From the NCBI GenBank assembly GCA_030770535.1, contig JASVEC010000024.1, positions 682,001 through 746,000 on the forward strand: a DNA stretch of 64,000 nucleotides, read 5' to 3'. Below the pieces are notes generated by a model. The model was not told the origin of the DNA, ran no database searches, and saw only the letters and a list, made by a program, of their open reading frames with translations. Positions 1-12,073 of this stretch are shown in pieces; position 1 is the first letter of the stretch; each line of letters starts with the position of its first letter. The position numbers and the translations under genes are program-made. Source of the DNA: Batkoa obscura (Eukaryota).

Positions 1-230
1 AATATGGAAGAGCTAAGTGAAAATGAAAATGAAAATGAAAATGAAAATGAAAATGAAAATGCTGGTAAGTTAAATTATTTTTAATTTTGTTAATTTATAA
101 TAATAATAATCTTTATAATTTTTTAATTGTAATAGATGATGAAGGGTTTGATATGGATTTAGAAGAGTTAGATTTTATGGATGTGTTCGGGGAAAATTCT
201 GATAAAAGTTCAGAAGATGAAATAGAATAA
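1..230 (+). CDS. 3' end of a gene entering the window; acidic tail (NMEELSENENENEN...DEGFDMDLEELDFMDVFGENSDKSSEDEIE*)
   Basis: Frame open from base 1, GTAAGT..TAG intron 65-135 keeps the frame, TAA at 228-230; (GAAAAT)7 encodes an EN repeat. Confidence 0.7.
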
Positions 231-493
231 AAGGAAGAGTTTTAAAATTAAAAAAATAAAATTCATTTTAATATATAATGTTATTATTAATGTAGCCGTT
301 CTTTTATTATAGTAATTTATCTGATAATTGGAGATTATTAAAAGTAATTTTAAAATAATTAGTTTAATATCTTTATTTCTTAGTATTCAATGATAAGTAA
401 AATTTAAATAGAAAATAAATAGTTGAATTTATTAAATAAAATCGACCAATTGTAATAAAAGAAATAGAAATCAATATTTTGATAAAAGTATGT

Positions 494-589
494 AAGGATG
501 TTTTTTTACTTTATCACCTTTTTCATCTTTTAAGCGCTATTTGAGCGGAAGGATCGTTGTAAAATTCTTAAATAAAAATGTACATCCCC
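494..589. mobile_element. ~97-bp MITE copy (family A)
   Basis: Matches family A in reverse orientation; ends CATCCCC followed by ATAT. Confidence 0.8.
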
Positions 590-727
590 ATATGTTTATA
601 ATTTTAAATTGAATTTTGTTATACAATAAAAGGAGGATTAATCTATCTTAAACTTAATTAAGATTTTGCTTGTAACTAAGTTCAAACGTACAATTAAATA
701 TTATGTCTATTCATCTTACTAATATAT

Positions 728-924
728 GAGAATATATTTTTTTGCTTAAGAATTTTACTAATATATTTTCTGCTTAGTAGTACTTAAAAATGGAAAAAGT
801 AATGAAACCAAAAAGTATCGCTATATGGGGATGTATTTTTGTGTTTAAGAGTTTTACTAATAATTTTTCCACTCAAATAGCGCTTAAAGGATGGAAAAAG
901 TAATGAAGCCAAAAAAATATCCCC
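728..924. mobile_element. Tandem pair of family A MITEs (728-822, 827-924)
   Basis: Two consecutive copies sharing ATAT at 823-826; second copy has GGGGAT..ATCCCC termini. Confidence 0.85.
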
Positions 925-1052
925 ATGTATTGTCCCTCTAACTATATAAGCATACTAAACATTTAAATCCATTTTAAACTACTTTTATTTATGATACATG
1001 TTGTCAAATTAATGTATTCATATCTGAGGAATACAAAAAAGTCTCTAGATAA

Positions 1053-1151
1053 GGGCATATTTTTTTGGCTTCATTACTTTTTCCATTTAAATACTACTAA
1101 GCAGAAAATATGTTAGTAAATTAAATTCCTTAAATAAGAAGAGGTATCTCT
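1053..1151. mobile_element. Family A MITE, degenerate
   Basis: TTTTTTGGCTTCATTACTTTTTCCA core, reverse orientation. Confidence 0.7.
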
Positions 1152-1472
1152 ATATTGATAATTCTTTAGGTTGGATGTAGTAACAAAACCTAATTTAATT
1201 TAACGAAGTACTCCTGCTATTATGATTTAAGAATTTAATCTATTTTATTCAAAATATAAATAAAATCAATTCAATAATTTATAACATCAGATGATCTTAT
1301 CTTTTTAGATTAGATAAATACAATATTACTCACTGTCTTATGACCTTAAGTCTGACAATTTAACCCTAAATTCTTTAATTTAATGAAATTTGATTGGCCA
1401 ATTAAAGAATTTAGATTCAAAAAATAGGGGAATTTTTAAATTATGCAATAAAGTGACTGTTTTAAAAAAAGT

Positions 1473-1479
1473 TGAGTCA
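1473..1479. promoter_or_regulatory. Gcn4/CpcA (AP-1-like) site TGAGTCA upstream of the Leu2-dehydratase fusion
   Basis: Exact TGAGTCA about 150 bp before the ATG; CCAAT near 1398 and TATATAA near 1534. Confidence 0.5.
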
Positions 1480-1623
1480 TCAACTATCATGAATCATAAA
1501 GAAAAGTGAACACTAAAAATAAAAGATAAAAAGTATATAAAGCTAAAAGAGAGTCCAAACTAATCAACTTTAATAAAAAAAATAAGATTATAAAACAGAA
1601 AATATTAATAGTCAAAATCAAAA

Positions 1624-4600
1624 ATGAAACAAGTTAAAATAGTAGTATTGCCGGGAGATGGTATAGGGCCAGAAGTCACTTCACAAGCTGTTCGAGTATT
1701 AAAAGTAGTGGGAGATTATTTAGAAGCTCAAAATACTCATCAATTTCAATTTATTGAAAAAAAATTTGGTGGTGCTGCCATTGATGCTTATAGTAAGGAT
1801 TTTTATTAAGTTTACTTTATTCCTGTTCATTATTAATCCTATTACTTAGATGATCCCTTCCCAAAAGACACAAAAGAAGCCATTTTAAACTGTGATGCTA
1901 TTTTATTGGGGGCCGTAGGTGGTCCTCAATGGCCAAAATTAATTGATGTTAATGATCAATCTAAAGGATATGGACCTCGACCTGAACAAGGATTATTAGA
2001 TTTACGTAAATTATTAGATTTATATGCTAACATAAGGCCTGTATTTTTTCCATCTCAATCTTTAATTGATAATAGTCCATTAAAACCAGAAATTGTTCAA
2101 GGTACTGAATTTATTGTTATTAGAGAATTAGTGGGTGGTGTTTATTTCGGAGATAGAAAAGAAGGAGATGAGGATGGTAAAGGTAAAAATTGACTAATTT
2201 TAATGTACGTTTTTAATATTAATATTTTTTTAGCTTTAGACACAATGCCTTATAGTAAAGAAGAAATCTATAGGATAGCTAAGTTAGCTGGAGATATGGC
2301 TATGAAATCAGAGCCACCATTAAAAATTCATTCTATAGATAAAGCTAATGTATTAGCTACTAGTCGACTTTGGCGTAAAGTAGTAACTGAAACAATAGAA
2401 AAAGAATATCCAAAAATAGTATTAGATCATCATTTAGTAGATTCTGCAGCCATGTTAATGATTCAAAAACCCACTGCATTAAATGGAATTGTATTAACTG
2501 AAAATATGTTTGGTGATATTTTATCGGATGAAGCTTCGGTTATTCCAGGTTCTTTAGGTTTGATGCCATCTGCTTCACTTAATGGCTTACCAAATGAAAA
2601 TTCTTCAGCTATTGGTTTATATGAACCAATTCATGGTTCAGCTCCAGATATTGCTGGTAAAAATATAGCTAATCCAATTGGTACTATTTTATCTGCTGCT
2701 ATGTTATTAAAATATTCTTTATCTTTAACGAAAGAAGCAGATCATATTGAAAGAGCTGTACGTAAAGTATTAGATTTAAAAACTCAAGGTGGTATTGGTT
2801 TAAGAACTAAAGATTTAAAAGGAGAAGCAACAACCAATCAAATTGGTGATAAAATAGTTGAATATTTAAACGATTCATTAATTAGTGGTAGAATATCTCC
2901 AATACCAAGATCCTTAAAAAATAGATTATTAACAAGACCAAATGGAAGAAGAGGCATGAATTTATGTGAAAAGATATTATGCAATGCAGCTATTGGACTA
3001 GAAGCACCAGGTAATATTAGACCAGGGGATATGATATGTGTCAATGTCGATTGGACTTTAGCTAGTGAACTAACATGGAAAGGTATGAATAAAACATATG
3101 AAGAAATGGGAAGACCATCAATTCATAGAAATGATCGATTTTGGTTAGCTATTGATCATACAGTTGATCCAAGAATTAATCACTTACCTAAACCAAAAGA
3201 ATTAATTCAATCTTCAGAATCATTTGCTAAAGAAGCTGGTTTGATTGATTTCCATGGTCCAAATCAAACGATTCTTCATACTGAATTTTACAGACAACGT
3301 GCTCAACCTGGTATGGTAATTTGTGGTGCTGATTCACACTCTTGTTCTGCTGGTGGACTTGGAGCATTTGCTGTTGGCTTAGGAGCAGCCGATGTAGTCA
3401 TGCCATTAGTAACCGGAGAAACTTGGTTTAAAGTACCCGAAGTAGTTGAAATTAAATTTGTTAACCAACCACCCTTTGGTATTGGTGGTAAAGATGCCAT
3501 TTTATATGTATTAGGAGAATTAAAACGTAATACGGTGGCATTTGAAAGAGCAGTGGAATTTACTGGTCCTGGTTTGAAATATTTAAGTTGTGATGCTCGA
3601 TTTGCTATTGCTAATATGACCACCGAATTTGGTGGTATTGCTGGTGTATTTGAAGCTGATGAAATTACAGCGGCTTATATAGCTAAACGTAAATTACCAC
3701 AACATAAAAATTCAGCTATTTATTTCCGTAAAGATGAAGATGCCGAATATGCTGCTTCCTACGAAATCGATCTTTCCAAAGTGGATTCTTTAGTAGCTTT
3801 ATATCCATCACCAGATAATGTAGTATCCGTTGAAAAAGCATCTGACACTAAATTAGATGGTGTATTTATTGGTGCTTGTACAACGGCAGAAGAAGATCTT
3901 ATTTTGGCTGCTTTGGTACTTGAAGAAGGATTAAAGAAAGGGATGGTACCAGTTGTCGGTGCTAAACGAAGAGTTACACCAGGCTCGGTACAGATTGTAG
4001 CTAAATTACGCAAACTAAATTTATTAGAAATTTATGAAAAATGTGGCTTTGAAATTGGTGCACCCGGATGTTCTTATTGTATTGCTGTTGCAGCTGATAA
4101 AGCAGATGAAGGGGAAGTTTGGTTATCATCCCAAAACCGTAACTTTAAAAATCGAATGGGTAAAGGTTCCATTGGTAATTTAGCTTCTGCAGCTACAGTA
4201 GCTGCTTCTTCTTTTGAAATGAAGATCACCGATCCTAGACCATTTTTAGATACTATTGATCGTGAACGTTACGAACAAATGTTAGAAATTTGGTTAGCTA
4301 AAGGGGAACCTATTGTATTATCGGAACCTAATCCAGTATATATTGGTAAACATGATCATGGGGTGGATGGTACTGGTGCAACTACTCAAAGCAGTGTCCA
4401 AGAAGATAGCAATGAGACTGAAGAGTCCTCATTCCAAGGAGTTATTAAGGGCAAAGCCCAAGTATTTGGCGATCATGTAGATACTGATGCTATTATCCCA
4501 GCACAATTTATGCCCGGTATTAATGATGCTGATTTGGGTACACATGCTTTCCAATACGTTAAACCCGATTTTGTAGAAAAAGCAAACCAAGGCTTTGATA

Positions 4601-5037
4601 TTGTAGTTGGTGGTGTTGGATTTGGTTCTGGATCTTCAAGAGAAGAAGCACCAAGAGCATTAAAAGGAGCTGGTATTAAAGCAGTGATAGCTAAATCATT
4701 TGCTTTTATTTATTCTAGAAACCAACCTAATATGGCTTTATTGGGTATTACTTTACCCGATGAAAAGTTTTATGAATTAGTATCCGAAGGTAGTGAAATT
4801 GCTATTGATGTTACTAAACGTACTATCTACGTTGGTGACCATCAATTTAAATTTCAATTATCAACGATGGAAGAAAATCTTATGGCCGGTGGTGGTGTGT
4901 CCGAAATGTATTCCAAGTTTGGTAGTAAATTGTTTAGGGTTGCTATGGGAGAAGAAAACCCAAAGAAACATAACAAAACTAAGAGTAAAACTAAGGAATG
5001 CCCTTCAGCAGCTGATAACGAGGTCTTAGCTTGGTAG
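1624..5037 (+). CDS. Fusion: 3-isopropylmalate dehydrogenase (Leu2-like) + aconitase-family isopropylmalate dehydratase large domain + small (swivel) domain; exons 1624-1792, 1850-2182, 2234-5037
   Basis: IPMDH motifs [61 protein letters not shown]; dehydratase motifs [34 protein letters not shown]; swivel motifs DTDAIIP, GSGSSRE. Both GT-AG introns keep the frame. Confidence 0.93.
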
Positions 5038-5262
5038 TTTTGGAGAATCATAATTGTTATATAATTTAAATTTCTATTTTGTAGTTTTCATATTAGTCAA
5101 AGGAATTCACTGCTTTAAAAGCATTTGTTGAAATAATAAATTAGCTTTTTTATTTATAATATTATTTGGTATTTCATATTATTATCAGAATTAAATAATT
5201 ATACAATAGTATAAAATTATAGTGTATACATTCCAGTTGTAAAGTAGTTTGTTTAACAACAT

Positions 5263-5456
5263 AGTAATGTCTTTTTGGTTTCATTACTTTTCCATCTTTT
5301 AAGCACTATTTGAGCGGAAAAATTGTTAGTAAAATCCTTAAATATATCCCCATATATATGACTGTATTTTTTTGTTTAAGAATTTTATTAATAATTTTCT
5401 ACTTAAATAGTACTTTAAAAAAATGGAAAAAGCAATGAAACTAAAAAAACACCCTC
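5263..5456. mobile_element. Pair of family A MITEs (about 5263-5351 and 5360-5456)
   Basis: Two copies in opposite orientation separated by ATATATAT. Confidence 0.8.
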
Positions 5457-6042
5457 ATATAGTAAGAGTTAGAATTAAAGCAAGGTTTAATTCCTAATTA
5501 CTTAAAACGAGTTGGTCAGCTTCTGTTCACCTACTACCCACTTACTGTCTAAATTGATTCTTTATCAAAATAAATAAATCTTTGCAAAATGATCTTTATT
5601 ATTTTGACTACCACTTGCTCATCTTCTACTTTTCTATATATTTGAAACATTTTTATTATTTAAAATGATAGCCTTCTTTATTTATAAAGCTTATTATACT
5701 TTCTAACATGAAAAAAAGTTATTTAATTAACATCAATATATTGGTATTTAAACTAAGTTAAATTAAATAGATTAATCCATTTTTGTTAAATTGATTTGAA
5801 AAATTAAATATTATACTTCTAAAATTTATATTATAACAAATGTTCATACTTTAAGCAAATTTTTCAAATTCGTCATCTTTTTTTATTAAACCCATCTTAT
5901 ACTTGATAGCATATTGACTTAAAAATAAATATTTGCATGCTATTAAACTATTTCTATATTGTATTAAGATATTTACTTTTGAATTTGGTGTTTAGAGCCT
6001 GTAGTTAATATTTTATTTTTGGTCTCCTAACTAATTAGGAAA

Positions 6043-6114
6043 GCCGATGTGGCCCAGTGGTAAGGCGTCGCTCTCGTAAAGCGAAGATCCCAGGTTCAAA
6101 CCCTGGTATCGGCA
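6043..6114 (+). tRNA. tRNA-Thr(CGT)
   Basis: Acceptor GCCGATG/TATCGGC, anticodon arm TCGCT-CTCGTAA-AGCGA, GGTTCAAACC T-arm, T-run downstream. Confidence 0.95.
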
Positions 6115-6594
6115 TTTTGGGTAGTCTTTTATTGTTAGTGTAATTTAAATTTTTTTAACTAAAAAATATATCCCCACATATTGACAAATTAATTTAAAGT
6201 TAAGTTGAAGGACTATAATAAAAGTGTAAGCTTATCATGATATAAATAATTAAATATCTGGAATTCCTATTATAAAAACGCTTTTGATTAGAAGTAAACA
6301 AATAAATTGTTTTTGCATAAAGTAATTAGCTTTCTAAAATGTAAGTTATTCGAAAAATAATTCATGGAGTAATAAAAAGTTTCATTATGTGAGACGCTAC
6401 CCTCTAATACTCATGTTTTTGGTTTTCTGATGTTATTAATGATCAATTTATTTTAGTAAAATATCAAAACTTCTACATAACATCAACCATTTTAAAAATA
6501 AATATTAACTTATGAAAATCAGCATATTTATATAAAATATTTTTCAAGATAAAATAGTGCAATATTTTTACTTTTATTGCGCTTGAAGAAAAGC

Positions 6595-8069
6595 TTATTT
6601 TTCCTTTTTCTTCGCCCTCTCAAGCTTTAGATATCTCATATTACATGACTGAGGTGTCCTTGTACCCAATTCAAGTGATATTTTGGCCCAATTTTTACTA
6701 TGCTTAACAACTAATTCTTCCAACTTAACGATCTCTTCGGTATCCCAATTTCCAATCTTTAAGTTTGGAAGGTGAATCTCATACCACTTTTTTTGACATG
6801 CATAAGGTGTTCTAGTAACAAGTATCTGAGAAATAATTGGCCATTTCTTTTTATATCTTTTAGCATATTCGATTAATAAATCAACTTCCTTTTGCTCCCA
6901 TTGCCCATAATTAAACTCTGGATTGATTTGAAGCCATCTAGTATAACAATTTATTGGTGAACGTTTATGATCCTCTAAATCTTTAGAAACTTTAATCCAA
7001 TTCCTCAACCCATGCTTATTTATCGAATTAAGAAGCAAATCATCTTCTTTTTGAGTCCAGTTGTTTATATTCTTTTTATCTTTCATTATGTATCGATACC
7101 TAGAAATTAGCTGGAGATAAGTTTTAGCTGAGCCAAGCTCCTTTGCCAAAAAACTCCAATTGCCAGTACCATGCTTCTCAACTAATTCAATTAGTTTTTC
7201 GGTCTCTTTTTCTGTCCATCTCTTTTTCTTGGATAAATCAGTACCATGTTTTAAATATAAGTAGTTAGTTTTGCATTGAAGTACAGACCTAGTTTTGACA
7301 TGTTCGGCCACCTTTTGCCATCCATTTCCATATAACTCTATACCTTTAAATAGTCTATCAATCTCTTCTTTTGACCAGAGCCCTTTATTTGATACTAATC
7401 GTTCATGGTGGTTTTTTAATAAATAGGGCCTTTTGTGCGGGAAATCAAATTCTGATACCAATACAAAGTCACCATATTTTTTATAACTGGCTAAAAGTTT
7501 AGCATCATCCTCTGCTGTCCAAGATTCATAACCAAATTCTAGATTTTTATACTCCTTCTTCTTGGGTTCTTTAAATTCCCCTTTCACAGCTAAATATTAG
7601 CGATGAAAAATAAATAATATATAATCTTACTTTCGCGCTCATATTTTCGTATATGGTAAAGAACCGTTCTGTAATTCAGCCCAGGGATAGCATCCCCTAT
7701 TTCTTTATAAGATATCCCTTTTTTGTTTTTTAAATCAACAATAAATTTCCACAACTCTTCGTAAGTAAAATTTTTTATATCAATCTTCTCCAGATTAAAT
7801 TTTGGGACATCTGTTCCGTCTACGCCTCCTTTTGCATCTATTTTGCTTATATCTATCTCGCTTATTCCTTCTTCATTTTTCTCTATTTCATCTCTACTTT
7901 CTTTTCCACTAATCGTTTTTATGTCTGGTAATATTGTATGTGTATGAAATTCACTAACTTTATTTAATTTCAACGATGTATAGCATATTGAAATAACATT
8001 TTTTGAACTGTAATTCGAAATGCTTCCATTGAAAAACGACCTATTAATTATTTTCCTATAAAAATTCAT
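6595..8069 (-). CDS. Multi-Myb/SANT repeat protein (6-7 repeats); exons 8069-7631 and 7589-6595
   Basis: Repeated W[ST]xxE[DE]xxL...G..W..[IV][AS]...R[ST]..QC..R[WY] motifs; a 41-nt GT-AG intron (7590-7630) joins the two ORFs in frame. Confidence 0.88.
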
Positions 8070-8550
8070 TTTTCATAAATCATATATACTGTTTAACTAT
8101 TTGAGGTTATCATTAACTATTTACTTTATTTCTTATAATTATCTTACTTTCTACTTAATTATTTTGAAAGAATAAATTATAAAAATAACAGTTTTATTTA
8201 AAGGACTTTTTAAAAACGAATCGCTTTTTTTGGAAATAAAGTGCCGGCCCAAAATAGTCAACTCATAAAAGTTTCTTTGTAAAATGATTTAAAAACTATT
8301 TAACATCAATTTAAAAAATTGGATCAAAAATACCTATGGGATTGTCTTATACAATCATTAACGAAAGACTATACTATATTACTTTTTATTTTCACTTTTA
8401 ATTTTTTGATTTTTAATATATAAATATTTTATTTTATTTAATTCAAAAAAAAACTGTTAATTTAAAAGTTTTATTTATAATTATGCTAAATAAAAAATTG
8501 AAGATATTAATAAAAAATGTTTTCGCTGTAGTTTAATCAGCTATATATAT

Positions 8551-8648
8551 GGGGATGTATTTATGTGTTTAAGAGTTTTACTAATAATTTTTCCACTCAA
8601 ATAGCGCTTAAAAGATGGAAAAGTAATGAAGCCAAAAAAAACACCCCC
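8551..8648. mobile_element. Family A MITE, near-consensus copy
   Basis: ATAT-GGGGATGT...ACACCCCC-ATAT. Confidence 0.9.
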
Positions 8649-10189
8649 ATATCCCAAATTGAAACTATACTAACAATTGCAAAACAGAATTTTAAACTAT
8701 AACTTTTATATTAAATTTTTAATATAAAGTTTCTAAAAAAAATATTATTACAAATATAAATATAAATATAAATATAAATATAAATATCTTATTTTGATAT
8801 AATTACTAATCATTACTAAATAGTAATTTTTGTATATAGTTTAATATAAAAATTACCTTAATCATTTCATATAAAGCACTATAAAACTTAATAACTTTAT
8901 TAAAGGTATAATATCAGAAAAAAAATCCAATTAAAAAGATTTAAGCTATTATGTTAAAAACTTTATTTTATATTTTAATTAAGTGGTTGTATATATGGAA
9001 CACAACAACAATTATAATTTGTTATTGCAATTGCTAAATATAGATATCAAAATAAGAAAACAATGTTTTTTACAATTAGGTGGTAGAAATTCTTATAGCG
9101 GATTGAAACGAGGAACTCTGAATTGGCTGTACCACATAAATCACGGTCAAGTTGATTACAAATCTGTAATTAGTTTTGTAAACAAATTAGATGACTACTA
9201 TGCTATAATTAATCTGAGAGCTGGAAAGTGATGTCACAAAAGTAGAATATTTATAAATAATTTTATAAAACTATTATCATACTAATCATATCAAAAGATG
9301 TCTAATATAAGAAATATTGTCGTTATTAATATATTCATAAAAAGTACTATTTTAGATAATGATGTTTTATACATGTTTTTCAAGCTATTAAGCTGATTCA
9401 AGATATTGATGCAACTATTTATTTTTATTACTTAGAAAGTTATAAAAATTTAAAATGTATTTAGTTAATTCACTTTTCGAATTAATTATAAAGCATATTT
9501 TAAAACAATAGTATAAAACCATCTACTAATTTATTAAAAGCTTTTAAAGTATTTTGATAAATTAAAATAAACTTTTTAGGATAATTGAAATGCATATTTT
9601 TTAGTTTTCTGGATTTGTTTTTATTTAACAGCAGCTAAAAATTAAGTTCATTATCAAAAAATATTTAGCATTTTATAAATAATCTATTGTATTGTTTATT
9701 TTTAATTATAAATATTATTTTTAATGATTTATTACTATTTTGTTCATTTTTTTAATGATTATTAATAAAAAAGCTTATAGGACATTAAATAATATAATTC
9801 AGCTCAAATAAAATAGTTTTTAAGTTTGATTTTTAATTTTATTTGAAATTGCTAATAAGTTTCTAGTAATAGATAAAAATGTTAATTAATTTTCCATTCA
9901 TAATAACTATAAAATATTATTTTACCAGCTTTATAATTAACTCTAATTTATATAACAAATTTAATTAATTTTAAATAGTTTTACTACTAAAAGTTATTAT
10001 ATTTTTAAATTTAAGTATAATTAATTTGAGGTGTTTTATTTAAATTTGATATAAGGATTTCTATGATTTGATTATGAAAGATGTTATTTTTATACTTTGA
10101 TGTCTGTATTTAGCAACTATAATAAAAAATAACTACTATTATATTATACGTATAAATACTAAGTTGAAATATAATTTTTTTAAATATAA

Positions 10190-10424
10190 TAGTGAAATTC
10201 TTAAACGAAAAAATACATCCCCATATTAAGAAATAATTAATAAAAAACTTTAAGCTAACAATTTTTCCACTCAAATAGCGCTTAAAAAATGAAAAAATAG
10301 TGGAATCAAAAAAATATCACCATATGGGGATGTATTTTTGTGTCTGAAAATTTTACTAACAAATTTTCCGCTTAAATAGCGCTTAAAAAATGGAAAAAAT
10401 AATGAAGTCAAAAAAAACACTCCC
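10190..10424. mobile_element. Cluster of family A MITE pieces (partial copy, degenerate copy, full copy 10326-10424)
   Basis: Repeated TTTTCC[AG]CT[CT]AAATAGCGCTTAAA core. Confidence 0.8.
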
Positions 10425-10649
10425 ATGTGGTACATTTTAATAAAACTGCTAAGTTTTATAATATTTTATAAGTTTTGTAGTAACATTATTTATTTTTTAT
10501 AATTTATAGATTGTTATATGCTATTTTTATTGATTTAAGTTTATTTTATTTATGTAAATTAAGATTTTTTGATTTACATTCAGTTAATTAAATAAAAACT
10601 GCTTTTAACTCCAATTATTAAATTTGAACTTTTATACAACTCATTATAT

Positions 10650-10746
10650 GAGGATGTCTTTTTCGACTTCATTACTTTTTCCATTTTTCCACTTAAATAG
10701 CGCTTAAAAATGGAAAAAGTAATGAAGTTGAAAAAAATACACTCCT
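10650..10746. mobile_element. Family A MITE variant, more palindromic
   Basis: GAGGATGT...ACTTCATTACTTTTTCCA / TGGAAAAAGTAATGAAGT. Confidence 0.75.
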
Positions 10747-11036
10747 AAATATTAATTCAAATTAAATAAATTTTAAATATTTGCAAAATAAAAAACGAAA
10801 CCATTATCTTTTATAAGAAATAATTCAAAAATTTAATTATGCAATAGCTATTAAAATAAATATATAATTATTGTTATTATAAAAGTATTTTTAGTTATGA
10901 GTATTAAATATAAAATTTGATATTTAATAAAAACAAATAAATAAATAAATAATGTTAGTAGTAAATTGTATAAAAAGCCATTAAAAAATAATATAACTAA
11001 AAGATAATAAAATTATTAAATAAAATATTATAATAT

Positions 11037-11133
11037 GGGGGTATTTTTTTGACTTGATTACTTTTTCCATCTTTAAGCGCTGTTTGAGTGGAAATTTTTT
11101 TAGTAAAATTCTTAAATACAAAAACACATCCCC
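11037..11133. mobile_element. Family A MITE
   Basis: ATAT-GGGG...CATCCCC-ATAT. Confidence 0.88.
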
Positions 11134-12073
11134 ATATAGTTAATTCTTTATATTTTTTATATTCTATAACTTAGTAAATCAACTTATTTAGTATTACTTA
11201 ATGTTAATTAGTGTTTATCAATTTATTAATATCAATAATTCTATTTTATATTTTTTAATTTTATAGACTATAAATATTTATTTTAAAAAGTATTATAATA
11301 AAAACGATATTTCTAAATAAAAGTTTTAAAAACATATTAGTAAAATATAACAAAGTCAATTAAAAACACTATAATAAAAACAAATATAAATATGCCATTT
11401 TCTTTATTTTATATTATAAAACATAATTTTAATTATTAATGTTAATTTTTATACTAAATTGACTGCATTTGTGATTGAGAAAAGCTATTATTTATTAAGA
11501 AAACTTATAGTAAAAGCTTATTTTCAAGTCATTATATAATATATAATGCTGTTTTTAAATTTGTTATATTAAGTTAACAAATATATTTGATATTAGCCTA
11601 AAGATAATTAAAAAGATCTATTATTTTAAAACTAAAGCATGGTTAAATCCATTTTTCACTTTTTGATTAAATTTATTTAGTTTAAATCAGTACTTTATTT
11701 CTAAAAAAGGAATTTATTTTTTAGAAAAGCTTTAAACTATTTTAATGTAAAATCAATCATACTAAGAGATTGAGCAAATGCTTTTTTAATCATTACTTCT
11801 AGTAAAATCCTTTAATATCATCACTTAAATAAGAGCATTTGAGTTTAATATCAATTTGACTTATAATATAAATTTCATTATACTAAAGTAAGGTTGGAGA
11901 GCCTAAATATATCAATTTTAATACTTATTTCTACACCTATTTGTATCTTTTAGGTTTTCAAAATACAAAAATTCAATTTTAAAGCTTTATTGAGTTTTGC
12001 AATTTTCTATCATAGCTTTATTTTTCTATAAATCAACAAATATTTTAAATTTTAAGGAACAAAATAAATAAAC

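Noticed and set aside
2838..5051. Short antisense or alternate-frame ORFs inside the fusion gene (and similar ones inside other genes)
   Set aside because: Shadows of real CDSs with no recognisable motifs
8983..9231. 82-aa ORF, faintly like a Tc1/IS630 DDE fragment
   Set aside because: No ATG context, catalytic motifs or TIRs that I can support
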